A DNA stretch of 64,000 nt from Nageia nagi. Lineage: Eukaryota > Plantae > Pinophyta. Within the stretch, counting starts at the first letter, position 1, and every line of letters begins with the position of its first letter. This document shows positions 28,250 to 40,269 of this stretch, piece after piece. Where the stretch lies: assembly GCA_050084985.1 (NCBI GenBank), contig JBITNC010000001.1:68014001-68078000 (forward strand), read 5' to 3'. Made by a program: the position numbers and the translations under genes. Under the pieces are notes generated by a model. The model saw nothing but the letters and a program-made list of their open reading frames with translations. It searched no databases and had not been told where the DNA came from.

Positions 28250-30190
28250 GGTATGATATGACATGATGTCTTTTAATATCTTTTAAACCCAATTAATGGT
28301 AGAACCAATCAAAATCTATCTAAAATATATAATTTATGTATTTAAATAATTGTTTCAAGCAAAATTAAGATAGAGAATAAAATCACCAAGCTTCTTTTGG
28401 TTATCTTGGTTTAAGAATTATGTACCAGGTTGTGATTACAAATATCATTATAGGTTGTCTAATGTCTTTGTAAAATAGGTAGACAGAGAAATAAATCTCA
28501 TCTTCTATTATATTAAATCACAAAATTTACAAATTCTTTGATCCCATGGTGTTTTAGGTATTGTCCACCTACCTTTTTCACTAAACAAGTCACATGAATT
28601 AATTCTTAATTTTGCAATCATAAATTTCTTTTTGAAACTGATAATCTTATATGGGTAGAATGGATATTTCAAGTTTTAGCTTGATGATATATTTAAAGTA
28701 GACTAACTTTCTTTATTTTTAATATTATCATTGCTCCAAATAATTTCAATTACTTTATTTGCAATTTGTAATTTTAAGTTGCCATTATCTGAAGAGGTTA
28801 TATTACGGTGTATGCACCAAAAACCAAGCCACTTATCAGCATCTTTTAGCTAGAAACTTTTTAAGACACAAATGATTTATAATTGGATAACATATATCGT
28901 CTTAGAGCTTCACTTTCAAGAGTGAGTAGACCAGATTCCATGAGAAGGATAAGGTATGGTATGTTAATTCTAATTTTGACATCATAATTCATAAACAATA
29001 AATTATTTTTAAATTTGCTCAATTTTATTCCATGTTTCTTGATAAATGTTTCCACCCCAAACTTTGGAACCATGGAGGATTACTAGACTTATAAAAAAGA
29101 GTTCTCTTTTTATCCCAGTTCCAAAGTTCTGCATTTTTGCAGTTATTTTCAAACCATAGAAGGCTTTACATCTAGCAAAGATTCATTTTTCAACACTGAG
29201 ATTCCAATTTAATTTGTGATTAATATCAATCCCTAGGTATTTGTAATAGTGAATCACCTCTAGAGGTTGATTATTGAAGAGAATTGTAGAATAAAACATT
29301 TTTTTAGATTTAATAATCATTATTTTGGTTTCATTTACATTAACTGTTAAACCAAATATATTACAGAATATCTGAAGGACATTTAACTATTTTACAAGGT
29401 TGTTTAATGTTTAGCTAACAAGACAATATCATCTACAGAAAGTAAGAGAACAATGATGAGATTGTGGAGGTTGGTGCCTATGCACCCATCTTCTAATATC
29501 TTTTGAATTGATTAATGTAAATACCAAACAAAGTTCGGGATAGAGGGCATTCTTTATTTAACTCCAATATTGCTATTAATTTCCTCAAACCACCCTTGGC
29601 TAGTTTTGAGTTTGGTGATAACTACCTCATAAAGCCTATAAACTACAAACTTTAGTTCAGAGGGGATTTCTAAGTTGGTCATGCACTTTAAAAGTTTACC
29701 CCTAGGAACAATATCAAAGGCTTTTTAAAAATCAACAAAGCAAACAAAGAGATTTTCTTTATCATTTCAATAGTTTTCAGCAATAATTTGAAAGGTGAGG
29801 ATGTGGTCAATTGTTGAATGTTTGCTTCTAAAACCAACATGACCTTTAGCTGTTAATTTGTTGTCATAAAGCCAACTGTTAATTTTCTTTTATGGAATAC
29901 TACCATAGAGTTTGGTGTGTAAAGAACATATCATAATAGTTTTATAATTATAATTAGATGGATTATTTTGTTCCTATATTTGTAGAAAGGTATGATTGAA
30001 CTTAGAGTCCATTGCTAAGGAATCCTTTTTTAAGAAAAGTGTTGAAAAGGGTTTGGATGTAAGGGGCAAAGGTAGAGCTTACAATTCTTAGAATTTTTGC
30101 TTGATATTCTTCGATATCTTTAGCCTTCCTTTTGATAGCTTCTTAATTCTTCCCTTCTGTCCTCTGCAGACAAAACATTCTTTTGGGTAA
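28250..30190 (-). mobile_element. 5'-truncated RTEX-like LINE, family A, copy 2
   Basis: Colinear with 17735-19610 over ~1.9 kb. ATGATATGACATG tail at ~28253. Its ORF fragment 28861-29073 includes PYLILLMESGLLTLE. Confidence 0.82.
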
Positions 30191-30489
30191 GCGAATATGT
30201 TATGTCCACAACTCGGCATACTCTGTTTGGTTGATTTGCGAGCAGGGAGCTATCATGCCTCTAGAAATTTTGGTTGATGGGGTTCAATTCTCAAGGAATG
30301 TTTGTATGTCTCATTTCATTTGGATGCGAAATAATTGGCAGCTTAAGCTTTTCTATCATAATAAAAAAAAAAAAATTTACTGCCTCAAATTGGGGGAGCG
30401 GAGATTATTTTGTGATTTTATAATTTATTTCAGCCACATCATCTGCACGGGAAAAGCCCACCAGGTTTGAAACTGGCTTATCGCCATTA

Positions 30490-32945
30490 TATGGGTCCTT
30501 CCCCTACCATTAGGCTATAACAAAGAGTGTGAAGTAGAGGTTTAGTTGAAACACAAATGAATCAATATAATGAGAATTTGCAAGACCTAGTAATGTGCTA
30601 AGCAGACAACTAGGTTGCCTTCAGGGCTTGATTTTCACTAAACAATTTGTCACTTGCTGAAACATTTGGACAAGCAATTATGTCCTTCCCAACCTCTCCA
30701 AAATGATACTGTGAGCTTGTTAGCCCCTGACAAATTTGCAAGTCATCTCAGGTCTGGACAAGCATCTAAGTCGAAGTTTTAAGCTCTATACTGAATCAGA
30801 CCCTTAATAGGCACCTACTGTAGTATCTCGTGTCTTGTCTCTTCAACATGAAACATCAAGGGCATGTTTATCACAAAAATGAGAATCTCTAATTCAAATT
30901 TCGCTGTCAGAAATTGGTCCATGTGACCTGGCAATGACCCAACAGTTACCCAGGGTGTCCAGAAACCAGAGCTTCCACACATGCATATATTTGACCTACA
31001 ATTTTACACCATAGCTCCTTCAATGGCAGCCCGCAGTGTTATCATTTTATCAAGGTTGTATCCATGACATGACCCTGTACCCTTAGCACATACCACCTCT
31101 CTCTTCACAAATTGGCAGGGTATAAATGACCCAACAGTTACCCAGGGTGTCCAGAAACCAGAGCTTCCCCACATGCATTTATTTGACATACAATTTTACA
31201 CCATAGCTCCTTTAATGGCAGCCTGCAGCGTATCATTTTATCAAGGTTGGATCCATGACATGACCCTGTACCCTTAGCACATGCCACCTCTCTCTTCACA
31301 AGTTGGCAGGGTATAAATGACCCAACAGTTACCCAGGGTGTCCAGAAACCAGAGCTTCCCCACATGCATTTATGTGACCTACAAGTTTACACCGTAGCTC
31401 CTTGAATGGCAGCCCACAGTGTATCATTTTACCAAGATTGGATCCATGACATGACCCTGTACCCTTAGCACATGCCACCTCTCTCTTCACAAGTTGGCAG
31501 GGATCATGTTCCACAAAGGCAAACATCCAAACCTCTGTCAAATTTTAGTCTTAGGTATCTTCTGTTGAACCTGATCCATCATGGATTATACTTCCCAACC
31601 TGGAGGCTTTTAGTCCCCAGAAACTCAAGAAGATATGAGGTAAAGGTATTGCTCCCTTTCTGATTGATGGGTTGTCACTTGGATTGACTGAGCAACTGTC
31701 TGCTGAACCAAATCTGCCATTAGTCTTGGTCGGTTAACCTCATGGACCTGACTTTCTTGTCCAAGGCATATCTTCGCATCATCAATGCTATATGGAATCA
31801 AGTCACCCCTCCTAGACATAACCGGGCTCTCTCTTCCATCATCCAATGAAGAGGTCTCAAACAGCCTCTCCTCAATCCTCTACTGTGCAGTCTGATTACT
31901 TTGGGAGAACTGAAAAGCTTGGTTTCCACCTGCAGAGATGCCCTCATTGGCCCAATCTCTCCAATGCTTCATCATCCTCAAACAAGAAGCCCACATGGCA
32001 GCTGGTGATGGAACCATGATATTCCATTGTCCAACTACCTGTAATCTGCTCTTTGCTTCATCTGATTTATGATGGACAGTCTTTGCTAGACAATGTTAGG
32101 AGTAAGATCATGATGCAGTTTCTATATCCTATGTCCCACCTCCCTATTCGAAGTCAATCATTTGGGTTCTTGCAGTGCACCTTGAAAAGCCTCAAGAAAG
32201 ACACCCGACCACTCCTCTTGTTGGAAGGCAATCCTCAGCATGGCATCTCTTTCAACATTTCTGTGTTCTTCCCCTCTCACCAAGAGCACAAGCAATTTGG
32301 AAAAGTATTGACCAAAATCTTGATCTGGTGGTTTGATACCAAAGGAAGCTTCTTCCCTTAAACACATTTACCAGGTACGGCTTACCTTCCTTGAACAACT
32401 TGGGACTGGTTTCACCTCCTAGACTAGATTGCATCCCTGTTCCACAGATATGAGCTGTCTAACACAATTTGGCAATCGTCAAAAGCCACAATATCACATG
32501 TAACCTCATCCTTATAGTTCTCATTCCTAAGGAATTTGAAGGTAAAGTTGGTTATTGCAATTATGCATTATTCTGCAACCAAATCAAGGGATTTAGTTGC
32601 GGACGGGGCTCAACCTCCTAACCAACTTGTACACCATATTCTCAGATAGCAGATTTCTTTGAAAACCCAAACCAAAAAAGGCAACGTCATTAAACATTTT
32701 GAACTGCATAAAAACTTGAAAAACTTGTTGTTGGCCTCCTCTTCCTCTGGATTTGGGAAAAATTGTGGGGCCATCAACTTGCTTGAAAAGGCCACATTTG
32801 ACTGCTATCTACAATTACACAGATCTGTTGTCATTGCGATACATGCAAATTTTTCTTCAGCCTCTCAAATATAATCTCACTCCGTGCTTTCAACACAAGT
32901 TACAGGTGCCTTCTTGCCAATCTTGGTCAAGCTTTCAGAACTGCT
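30490..32945 (-). mobile_element. Decayed, internally deleted Ty3/Gypsy: post-knuckle gag, protease, start of RT region, pol end and 3' LTR
   Basis: Protease-type KDEVTCDIVAFDDCQIVLDSSYLWNRDA (~32430-32520); FQGALQEPK.LTSNREVGHRI (pre-RT motif); DQVQQKIP (pol end, ~31560). The LTR appears to start TGATCC at ~31507 and run leftwards; its left boundary is approximate. Confidence 0.65.
30935..31502. repeat. Tandem repeat, 3 copies of ~191 bp
   Basis: TGACCCAACAGTTACCCAGGGTGTCCAGAAACCAGAGC starts at 30935, 31127 and 31318; the copies are highly similar. Confidence 0.97.
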
Positions 32946-32949
32946 CATG

Positions 32950-33480
32950 TGTTATGATATTACAGGAGGATATATTAGGATAATATAAGAGTTATGGGAG
33001 TATATTATAGCATTGTATAAGGCAAATCATGCTATATTCTTACAACGTGTATGTGAGACATAATGTAATGGGATAATAGATGGCTGAAATATGAATATGA
33101 ACCCATAAAACAAGGTTGTTCAATGGGCCCATAGGTTTCTATAATCACAGAGATTTCCCACCCAAGGTATTTTAAGCTAGAAGGCTCATACACAGTTATC
33201 ATCATGGAAGATTTATATTCATAGCTTCAAGCATTGTACTTTGAGAAATAGGAGGTTGCTCCGTCAAAGTGGTTATTGGAGTGATTTCGTACAGAATATT
33301 ATATGGTGTTTCCCCACATTAAGGGTTTTCTCAAATATCACCTGTGTGGTTCTTGTGTTGTTTCTTTGTTTTTGCACTTCTATTGGTGATTTTCTGCAGT
33401 TTATTGTTATTTGCAAAATAACAGAATTTAAATTCAGTTTCAAATTTGAAAGCCATGAAATTTGGCTGCTTTAAAAACAT
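32950..33480 (+). repeat. Degenerate LTR-like repeat, related to 40270-40780
   Basis: Shares GCATTGTATAAGG, GAGACATAATGTAA.GGGAT and ATCATCATGGAAGATTT with 40270-40570. Confidence 0.6.
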
Positions 33481-33659
33481 TGGGCAAAAAATTTGAAATA
33501 CCTAATATACAAAAACTCCACATCATTTCATAAATCTAGGTAAAAACACATTTGTAAACAAAAAAAGTAAATCAAACTAAATGTAAAGAAAAACTTGTAA
33601 GTCACAAAACCATCATCATTCATTGGAATTTGAAAGTTTGAAATTGAATGTTAAAATTT

Positions 33660-35300
33660 TCAATGAATTATCAAAGGCAAAGAAAAGTCACTCAAAATTT
33701 GAAAGCCATTTTCCAGCTGAATTGAAGTTTCACTCCCATGGTCTTCTAGTAACGTCATCATAAAGCTCCTATAATCAAATATCATACAGAGCTGTGGATC
33801 CACTCCAGAAAGATCATCCAATTCATGCTCTTCTTGATCTCCCAAGGCCAGTACCACAGGTTCAAACCCAGGAAATGAAGAGGCATCGACATCTTTGGCA
33901 ATATCTATTGCCAACTACAAGTTACTCTAAACATAGACTAGATCTCCAATCTTCCAAATAGCAACCTACTCCTCTTCTTGGAGTGAATGTGTTCGAATAT
34001 TTTCCAGTTTCCTTCACATGCCGCTGCACTTGCACATTGACCCAATTTATGTATGCGAAAGGGCTCCAACTTAGCTACAGAAGCTCCATAATACGACCAC
34101 CATTGTGCAAGTTCTGTTTTAGCTGAAGATCTATCATATAATGCTGAAGCTTTACCAAACACTGTTTTCTCTTCTCTGCATGCTACAAGGTGTGTTCTCA
34201 CAATTCTCACCCACTTGTGGATCACACATGCTCTTTCAATTGCATCATACAGCCCAGTCATGATTTCCTCATCATTATCTCTTCTTATCCCATACAATAG
34301 TTGGTTCAAATAACAAGCCACAGAATGCAAAGGAGTATGCAATATCTTCCACCTCTAATCTATCGTTTTCCATAAAAGTTTGTAATAAGCTCCAACAGAT
34401 CTTAAATTAACTTTGATGTAAGTTTCCTTCAACTCTCAAAGTTAGGTAACAACTAATAATGAAATTAACAATTGTTCTTGCTCTCTGAGTCTTCTCATTG
34501 GCCCAAGGAACATTACCCAAATCGTGATGCAGAAAGTTAAGACAATTAACAGCACATGGTGTCCAATTCACACTTGGAAACCTCTCCATCAGTAGTTTTC
34601 TGGCTCCTACACAATTAGTTCTATTTTCAGACACAACTTGAATCACATTTTGGTCACCAACTTCCAAAACAATTTCCTCAAAGGATCTTGATAATGTTTT
34701 CAGCTGCCTTCTTTTAATGCAGTATATCTAGTATCTACTGCATATGTACCCTTTCAAACCAACCATTAGTAATGATGGTACATCTTGTGCCCTCCCAAGA
34801 TTCTTTTACCAACACCAATCTGTCCATCATCCTTTCTTTTGATCTTTGGAGAATATGGATCTCCAATGTTTCTGGAGGAGCACATACCCTCATTAGAAGT
34901 CTATCGCTTTGTTGAAGGCATCAATAAAAGGAAGATTCTTAGCCACATAAAACAACAGGGCACAATCGTAAAACATGTTAGCTATCGTATCATCAACATC
35001 ATTTTTCTAAACAAGCTTCCAAAAGGAGTTCATGGTGCCAATAGTTTCTATTGTGGAATCAGCTAATGAAAGAGTAACGGGAGAAGTGGATGCAGCAATG
35101 TTTGATGGTACTTTTCAATTTTCAACTTCACTTCTCTTATTAATTTGCAGCCTTGCAAACTGCCTCCTGCTACATTTGTCGATGACAAAAAAGTGGTCAA
35201 CCGCTCTTGTTAATGTCCCCTTAAACTCAACCGCTTATTGTACATGTTACTTTGTCGCCCGGTCACAACTCCTTCAGACATAGGTCCACGCCTCAGATGA
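33660..35300 (-). pseudogene. hAT-family transposase pseudogene (BED finger remnant, DUF659, C-terminal dimerisation domain)
   Basis: DQNVIQVVSENRTNCVGARKLLMERFPSVNWTPCAVNCLN (DUF659); HTPLHSVACYLN; WWSYYG...CASAAACEGNWKIFEHIHSKKRSRL (dimerisation domain). Frameshifted. Confidence 0.9.
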
Positions 35301-35977
35301 AGATTTTTGAGAGTTCAGTTGATTTTCTTAGAGGGTAATCTGTAGAAATAAGACTTTACTCAGTTTTCAATACATTTATTCAAAAAAAAATTAAAATAGA
35401 ACTTTTTGAGTTTTAGAAATTAAGAAAAGGCCTTGTCATAGGCAGGCTGCAAACAGAGCAACCTCTTTATGAGGTGACAGATGATATGACCCTTTTTTAA
35501 GCTCATACATTTTATAATATTTTGAGATAAAAAAAATATTGAAAAAAAGGGGCTGTGGCAAATGCCAGACCCTATTATTTAAGAAATTGTAACAACAATG
35601 AAAATCAAACAAAATCAAGAAAGTCTTAAAATTTGTTTTTCAATATTTATCTTCAATTTTTTAAACCCTTCTGAAAATGCACATTTTGAAAATGTAAAAA
35701 AGGGTCTGTCATCTGGAAGGCTATAAACAAATCAACCATTGTTAATTGCTTGACAAATGTCTGTGCCTTCTTTTATCTTATATATTTCATAATTTTCTAT
35801 GAAAATTTAAAAAACAAAACAGGGTTGAGGCAGATGCAGACCTTGTTATTTTTAAAAAAGAAAAAAATGAGAGTGAAAAGAGTCATGATTATCTTAAAAA
35901 AAACTGTTTAAATATTTATATTAAAATTTATTTCTTTTTAAAACCCTTCTGAGAATAAACATTACATTACAAAAATA

Positions 35978-36579
35978 CAAGGGTCCAATTTCCCGGACGG
36001 GTTTTGGCCAATCCAGAGCATCGGAGGGGCTCCTGAAGCTCTGGATTGTCCGTAGCGGATCGGGCAAAGCGGCTGGCCAGTCCCGGAGCGGCTGAGAAGC
36101 TCCAGGAGCACTAAAAAAAATTGCACATGATTTATTTTTATAAAAAGTTCAAAACTTAAAATGAAAAACATAGTTGAATACTTGATAGTTATGGTTTTGC
36201 TATTTTGGGTCCTTTGGCATTTTGCTACTATGACATTATAACTCATTTTGATATTATGACATTATGTACTACACTAATTCAGACTTGTTTGTGATTTAAT
36301 GACATTATGGCTTGTTTTGATTTTTCATTTTTGCCTTTCAAATTCATACTTGATTAATATTATGATATTATCATTATGTTTTGTAATTTAAATTCATATT
36401 TGAAAGTAAAAATAAATCAGAAACAATGAACATGAAAAAATCTAAAAATACTAGGGATTTTCTACTAGCTGCTCCGCCTGCCAAATCAGAGCTGCTCCCT
36501 AAAAATAACCCTCCACCGCTTCGAACTTCCGAAGCACGCTTCGTACACTTCGCCTCTCCCGACTCACCGTGGAACCTTG
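35978..36579. mobile_element. Non-autonomous hAT element (MITE), 602 bp
   Basis: TIRs CAAGGGTCCA / TGGAACCTTG (9/10 match). Perfect 8-bp TSD CAAAAATA at 35970-35977 and 36580-36587. CpG-rich subtermini, AT-rich core. Confidence 0.92.
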
Positions 36580-36880
36580 CAAAAATATAAAATGGCCTTG
36601 TCATTTTGTAGACCATTGACATATGACAGGGCATTTTTTAGCTTATATGTGGTCTAGTTTTCTAATTTACCATGAGATAAAAAAAAAATCAAAAAAGGTG
36701 TTATGGCATATGCTAGATCCATCAATGGGATCTCACATCTGCTACAACCCCTATTTCAAAAAATAAAAAATGAAAACAAAAAAATCAAGAAATTTTATAA
36801 ACTTTTTTTTTAAATATTTTTTTGAACTTTTAAAAATGAAGAAAAAACCGTGTCATCTTGCTGGGCACAAAAAGAGCATC

Positions 36881-38378
36881 TTCTAGAATTATTATTTATT
36901 AATTCATGTTATATATTGTTATTTTCTGCTTTTTGCGCATTCTAGATTACGAAGCGAATTTGGGTTAGGTGCAGATTAGAATAGATTTTCAAAGTGAAGC
37001 TGGTCTGCTACGATCACCCTAGCCATGACCGTCTGAATGGCACAAATGAAGTGGTGAAGCCTAGTTGTTGAAGAAGTTAAGGAGGCGAAGGGTCCTTTGC
37101 TAACCGTAGAGAAAGATGGGGATAGATAGCGACTCAAAATTACAGATGATGTAATCTCCCAGGAAGAAACTCGCGGACGCTTCAACGTTGTAGGAAAGCT
37201 ACATGGAGCCAGGCCCAACCTCGATATGATCCAGAAATGGGCAAAATTCTGATGGAAGACAAAATTACATGTAGAGGTAATTTCAATCCCAAACAATTAT
37301 GTCATGTTCGCTTTCGCAAATGAAGAAGATATGAATTTCGTACTCAGTAAACCATGGTGCTTAGGATCGAGAGGTCTTTTCCTGGAAAAATGGAAGCCGA
37401 GCTTTGATCTAGGAAAGGAACAAATCATGACGGCACTAATATGGCTCACCCTTCCCCGACTTCCATTGGAATTTTGGGATCAATGAGTGTATGAAGGTAT
37501 TGTCCAACCTTTCGAAAAATTCATTGCGGCCGATGAAGTCACGATGGCTAGAACACAAATGCTAGATGCAAGAATATGTGCTATGGTCGATTATGGAGTC
37601 ATATTACCAGAGACAATAACCCTTGAATCAAAACTAGGAGACAAAGAACAAGAATTGAGATTTGAAGACAATATATGCCTATGCAAAACCTGCAAGCAAG
37701 TAGGACACAATGTCAGGACCTACTCGGTTAAAAAGACAATTGTTAATAAATGCAGAATGGAGTGGAGACCAAAACAAAAAGAAGTCGATTAGACAAATCT
37801 AGAAGAAGGAGAAATACCCCAGTAACAAGAGCTTGAACAGATAAACAGAACATGTGGGGGATAAACGCCTTCGCCCATTGTAGGCTTCTACGGGATAATT
37901 GTAGATCGTGGAAGCCTATATTCTAATACTACAAGAAACTAAAGTCAAAGTAGGGAAATTAGTATAGGTTAAGAATAATATATGAAAGGATGCAAACATG
38001 GAAGCAGTCCCAACTGTTGGAAAGTCAGGTAGAATCATGGCATTATGGAATCCCAAAAATATAAGGGGGAAAAGATTTTTGACAATCATCATATGTTGGG
38101 ATTTCATGAGTAGAATGGAAAATACAATTGCAGGAGAAAGAAAAGCCATGGAAATGAATGACCATGTACATGTGACAGATCTGTATGAAGTTTTTGGTTA
38201 CCGTAGATGGATGAATGCCAACCCCCCGGCAATGGTGGGATGGAGTAGGTGAATGTAGGTGACCGTAGTTAGGTGATAAGCAAATGATAAATACTATGCA
38301 TATTTTTTGTAAAAACAAGTTTTTGGGTCCTGTATAAAAATCCACTGTTATATAATTTTACCTTTGACCAAAAAAAAA
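36881..38378 (+). mobile_element. Internally deleted L1-clade LINE: ORF1 (DUF4283 + CCHC), start of endonuclease, 3' tail
   Basis: KPWCLGSRGLFLEKWKPSFD, IWLTLPRLPLEFW, ARICAMVD, CKTCKQVGH; ILILQETK (endonuclease). Poly(A) at ~38370. TSD AAA(A/C)AGAGCATC at ~36869-36880 and ~38376-38387. Confidence 0.85.
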
Positions 38379-39399
38379 CAGAGCATCCTTTATATATTTA
38401 ATAATTTTATATGACAAAAAAAATCTAAGAAAAAGAGATGCTAGATCCCATTATATTTTGATAAACATTTTTAACAATATATAACAAGGTCTTGAATGCC
38501 AAAACCCTGTTTAAAAATAGTAAAAAAATCGAAATGAAAAAAAAAAAATAAAGAAAGGGCAGACTCATAAACAGTCTGGCTTTATAGGGGACACTTTCAC
38601 TCTGTAAAAACCCCACAAGGCTACATCTGATACACAAATGAACGGTGATTACAGTGCATGTGCCACAAACTTTAGACAACTTAGAGCCCTTAAGCACATA
38701 TTCAACTCCATTAGCAGGGTAAATGACATCTTCCTAGAATAAATCCACTAGCTAATCTCCACACATCAATGCAGCTACAAGAATACAAATATTCTTGATA
38801 TAGGCATTCTTCATTTCACCAGCATGAATTCTCAGACATTCTCAGTGATCGGGGCATTTTTCTCATTTCTTAATCTGCTAGGTTTTTGACAAACAAGGAT
38901 GTGATCTTCCATGCAAAGCATGCTTTTCAAGACAAATTTCAATGAATTGTGTGGGACCACACAATTTTATGGTGAATTTGAAAGAATCTACTCATTTGGC
39001 TTTCAAATGCCAATTTCAAATTTCATCCTTGAAATTTGTCGAATCTTGTGACTAAAGTTATTTGAATTATTTGCATCGTGATTTGTAAACAGTAGTAACA
39101 GTATCTAACTTGTTTGGTTGATAACAAATGGTATCCATGGAATGATCTTAGAAAGTGGATGAAAGTTCTTTTGGAGGATTCAGAAACTTTTGTAGGATTT
39201 TTTTCAGAAAAACATTAGCATTTCAACAGGCTATAACTTTCAGTAGTGTTCTTCAATTAGACCAGTTTCTTGCTTAATTTGAAGAGCATTTTAGAGCTTC
39301 AAAAAATAGGGGTCATTTGCAATTATCTAAACAGTATTGAGGGATTTATGAGTTTGAAATTCAGACAGTTTTTTGACAAATGTGACTCATTGCACAATA

Positions 39400-40110
39400 A
39401 AAAATTATCCAAAACTCACAGAAAAGGCTAAAGATCAAGCCAATTTTTGCTCATTTTAAAGATCTGTTCAAGAGCTTAGAAAAGATGGAGGAATCATCAA
39501 ATTTGAATGTTATCTAAAATTATCTAAAATTCACAGAAAAGGCTAAAGATCAAGACAATTTTTGCTCATTTTGAAGATCTATTCAAGAGCTTAAAAATAT
39601 GGGTGATTCGTCCCAAGGGGACACCGTGGCGGCAAAGTGCTTCAATTCGGTGAGGGGAGGTCACAAGTTCGAATCCCCTCGATGGTTTCTACATGTTGCT
39701 GCGAAGATATGGTTCAGATGTAGTTGGCTGCGGTTCGGATGTAGTTCGATTGTATTGTAACTGGTTTGTGGGGCCCAATCAAAATCCTCATGGCCGATTT
39801 GTAGGTCTTGTTCAGAAAACCCTCATGGCCGGTTGGAGGCCCCAGTCAAAACCCTCATGGGTTTACCTTGATGGTTGTGCTTACTTACGGGATGGGACAC
39901 GACTCCGAGAAGATTAGTGGCTCGGGCTAACACCTCTCGTATAAACAAAAAAAAATGATGGGGAATTCATCAAAATTTGAATGTTAACTAAAGTTATCCA
40001 AAACTCATAGAAAAGGCTAAAGATCAAGCCAATTTTGGCTCATTTTGAAGATCTGTTCAAGAGATTAAATATGATGGGCGATTCATCAAATTTTGAATGT
40101 TATCTAAAGA
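39400..40110. repeat. Tandem repeat of ~115 bp, about 3 copies, split by a SINE
   Basis: AAAACTCACAGAAAAGGCTAAAGATCAAGCCAATTTTTGCTCATTTT recurs at ~39411, 39527 and 40000. Confidence 0.85.
39612..39955 (+). mobile_element. tRNA-derived SINE, ~345 bp
   Basis: Pol III box B GTTCGAATCC at 39667-39676 and a degenerate box A near 39620-39635. Poly(A) at 39947-39955. Degenerate TSD (AAAATATGGGTGATTCGT / AAAATGATGGGGAATTCAT). It interrupts one unit of the host repeat and is CpG-rich. Confidence 0.88.
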
Positions 40111-40269
40111 CCACAAATGATGGGACAAAGAAGCAATGAGGAGAATATCTATCAAGGCTTCATGCAACTAGATGGATGCTTAAGTTGGACAACAATTTTC
40201 AGCAAAAATCATAGACGTAGATTTCGTGACAATGGTCCAAATCAGGACCATTTGGGACGGGGGTGGAAT

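Larger units (their letters stand above)
35420..38620. repeat. Degenerate ~250-270 bp repeated units upstream of the hAT transposase, interrupted by a MITE and an L1
   Basis: Recurring GTCAT...GGCT..AAACA.AGCA and GGCA.ATGC.AGACC motifs at ~35436, 35708, 36600, 36851/38380 and 38560. Confidence 0.55.

Noticed and set aside
30935-31502. CRISPR-like reading of the tandem arrays (also 9835-10040, 39400-40110, 58134-58505)
   Set aside because: Whole units repeat without unique spacers, there are no cas genes, and the context is eukaryotic TE sequence.
39612-39690. Possible tRNA gene (GTTCGAATCC)
   Set aside because: No cloverleaf; it continues into a repeat body, poly(A) and TSD, so it is a SINE head.
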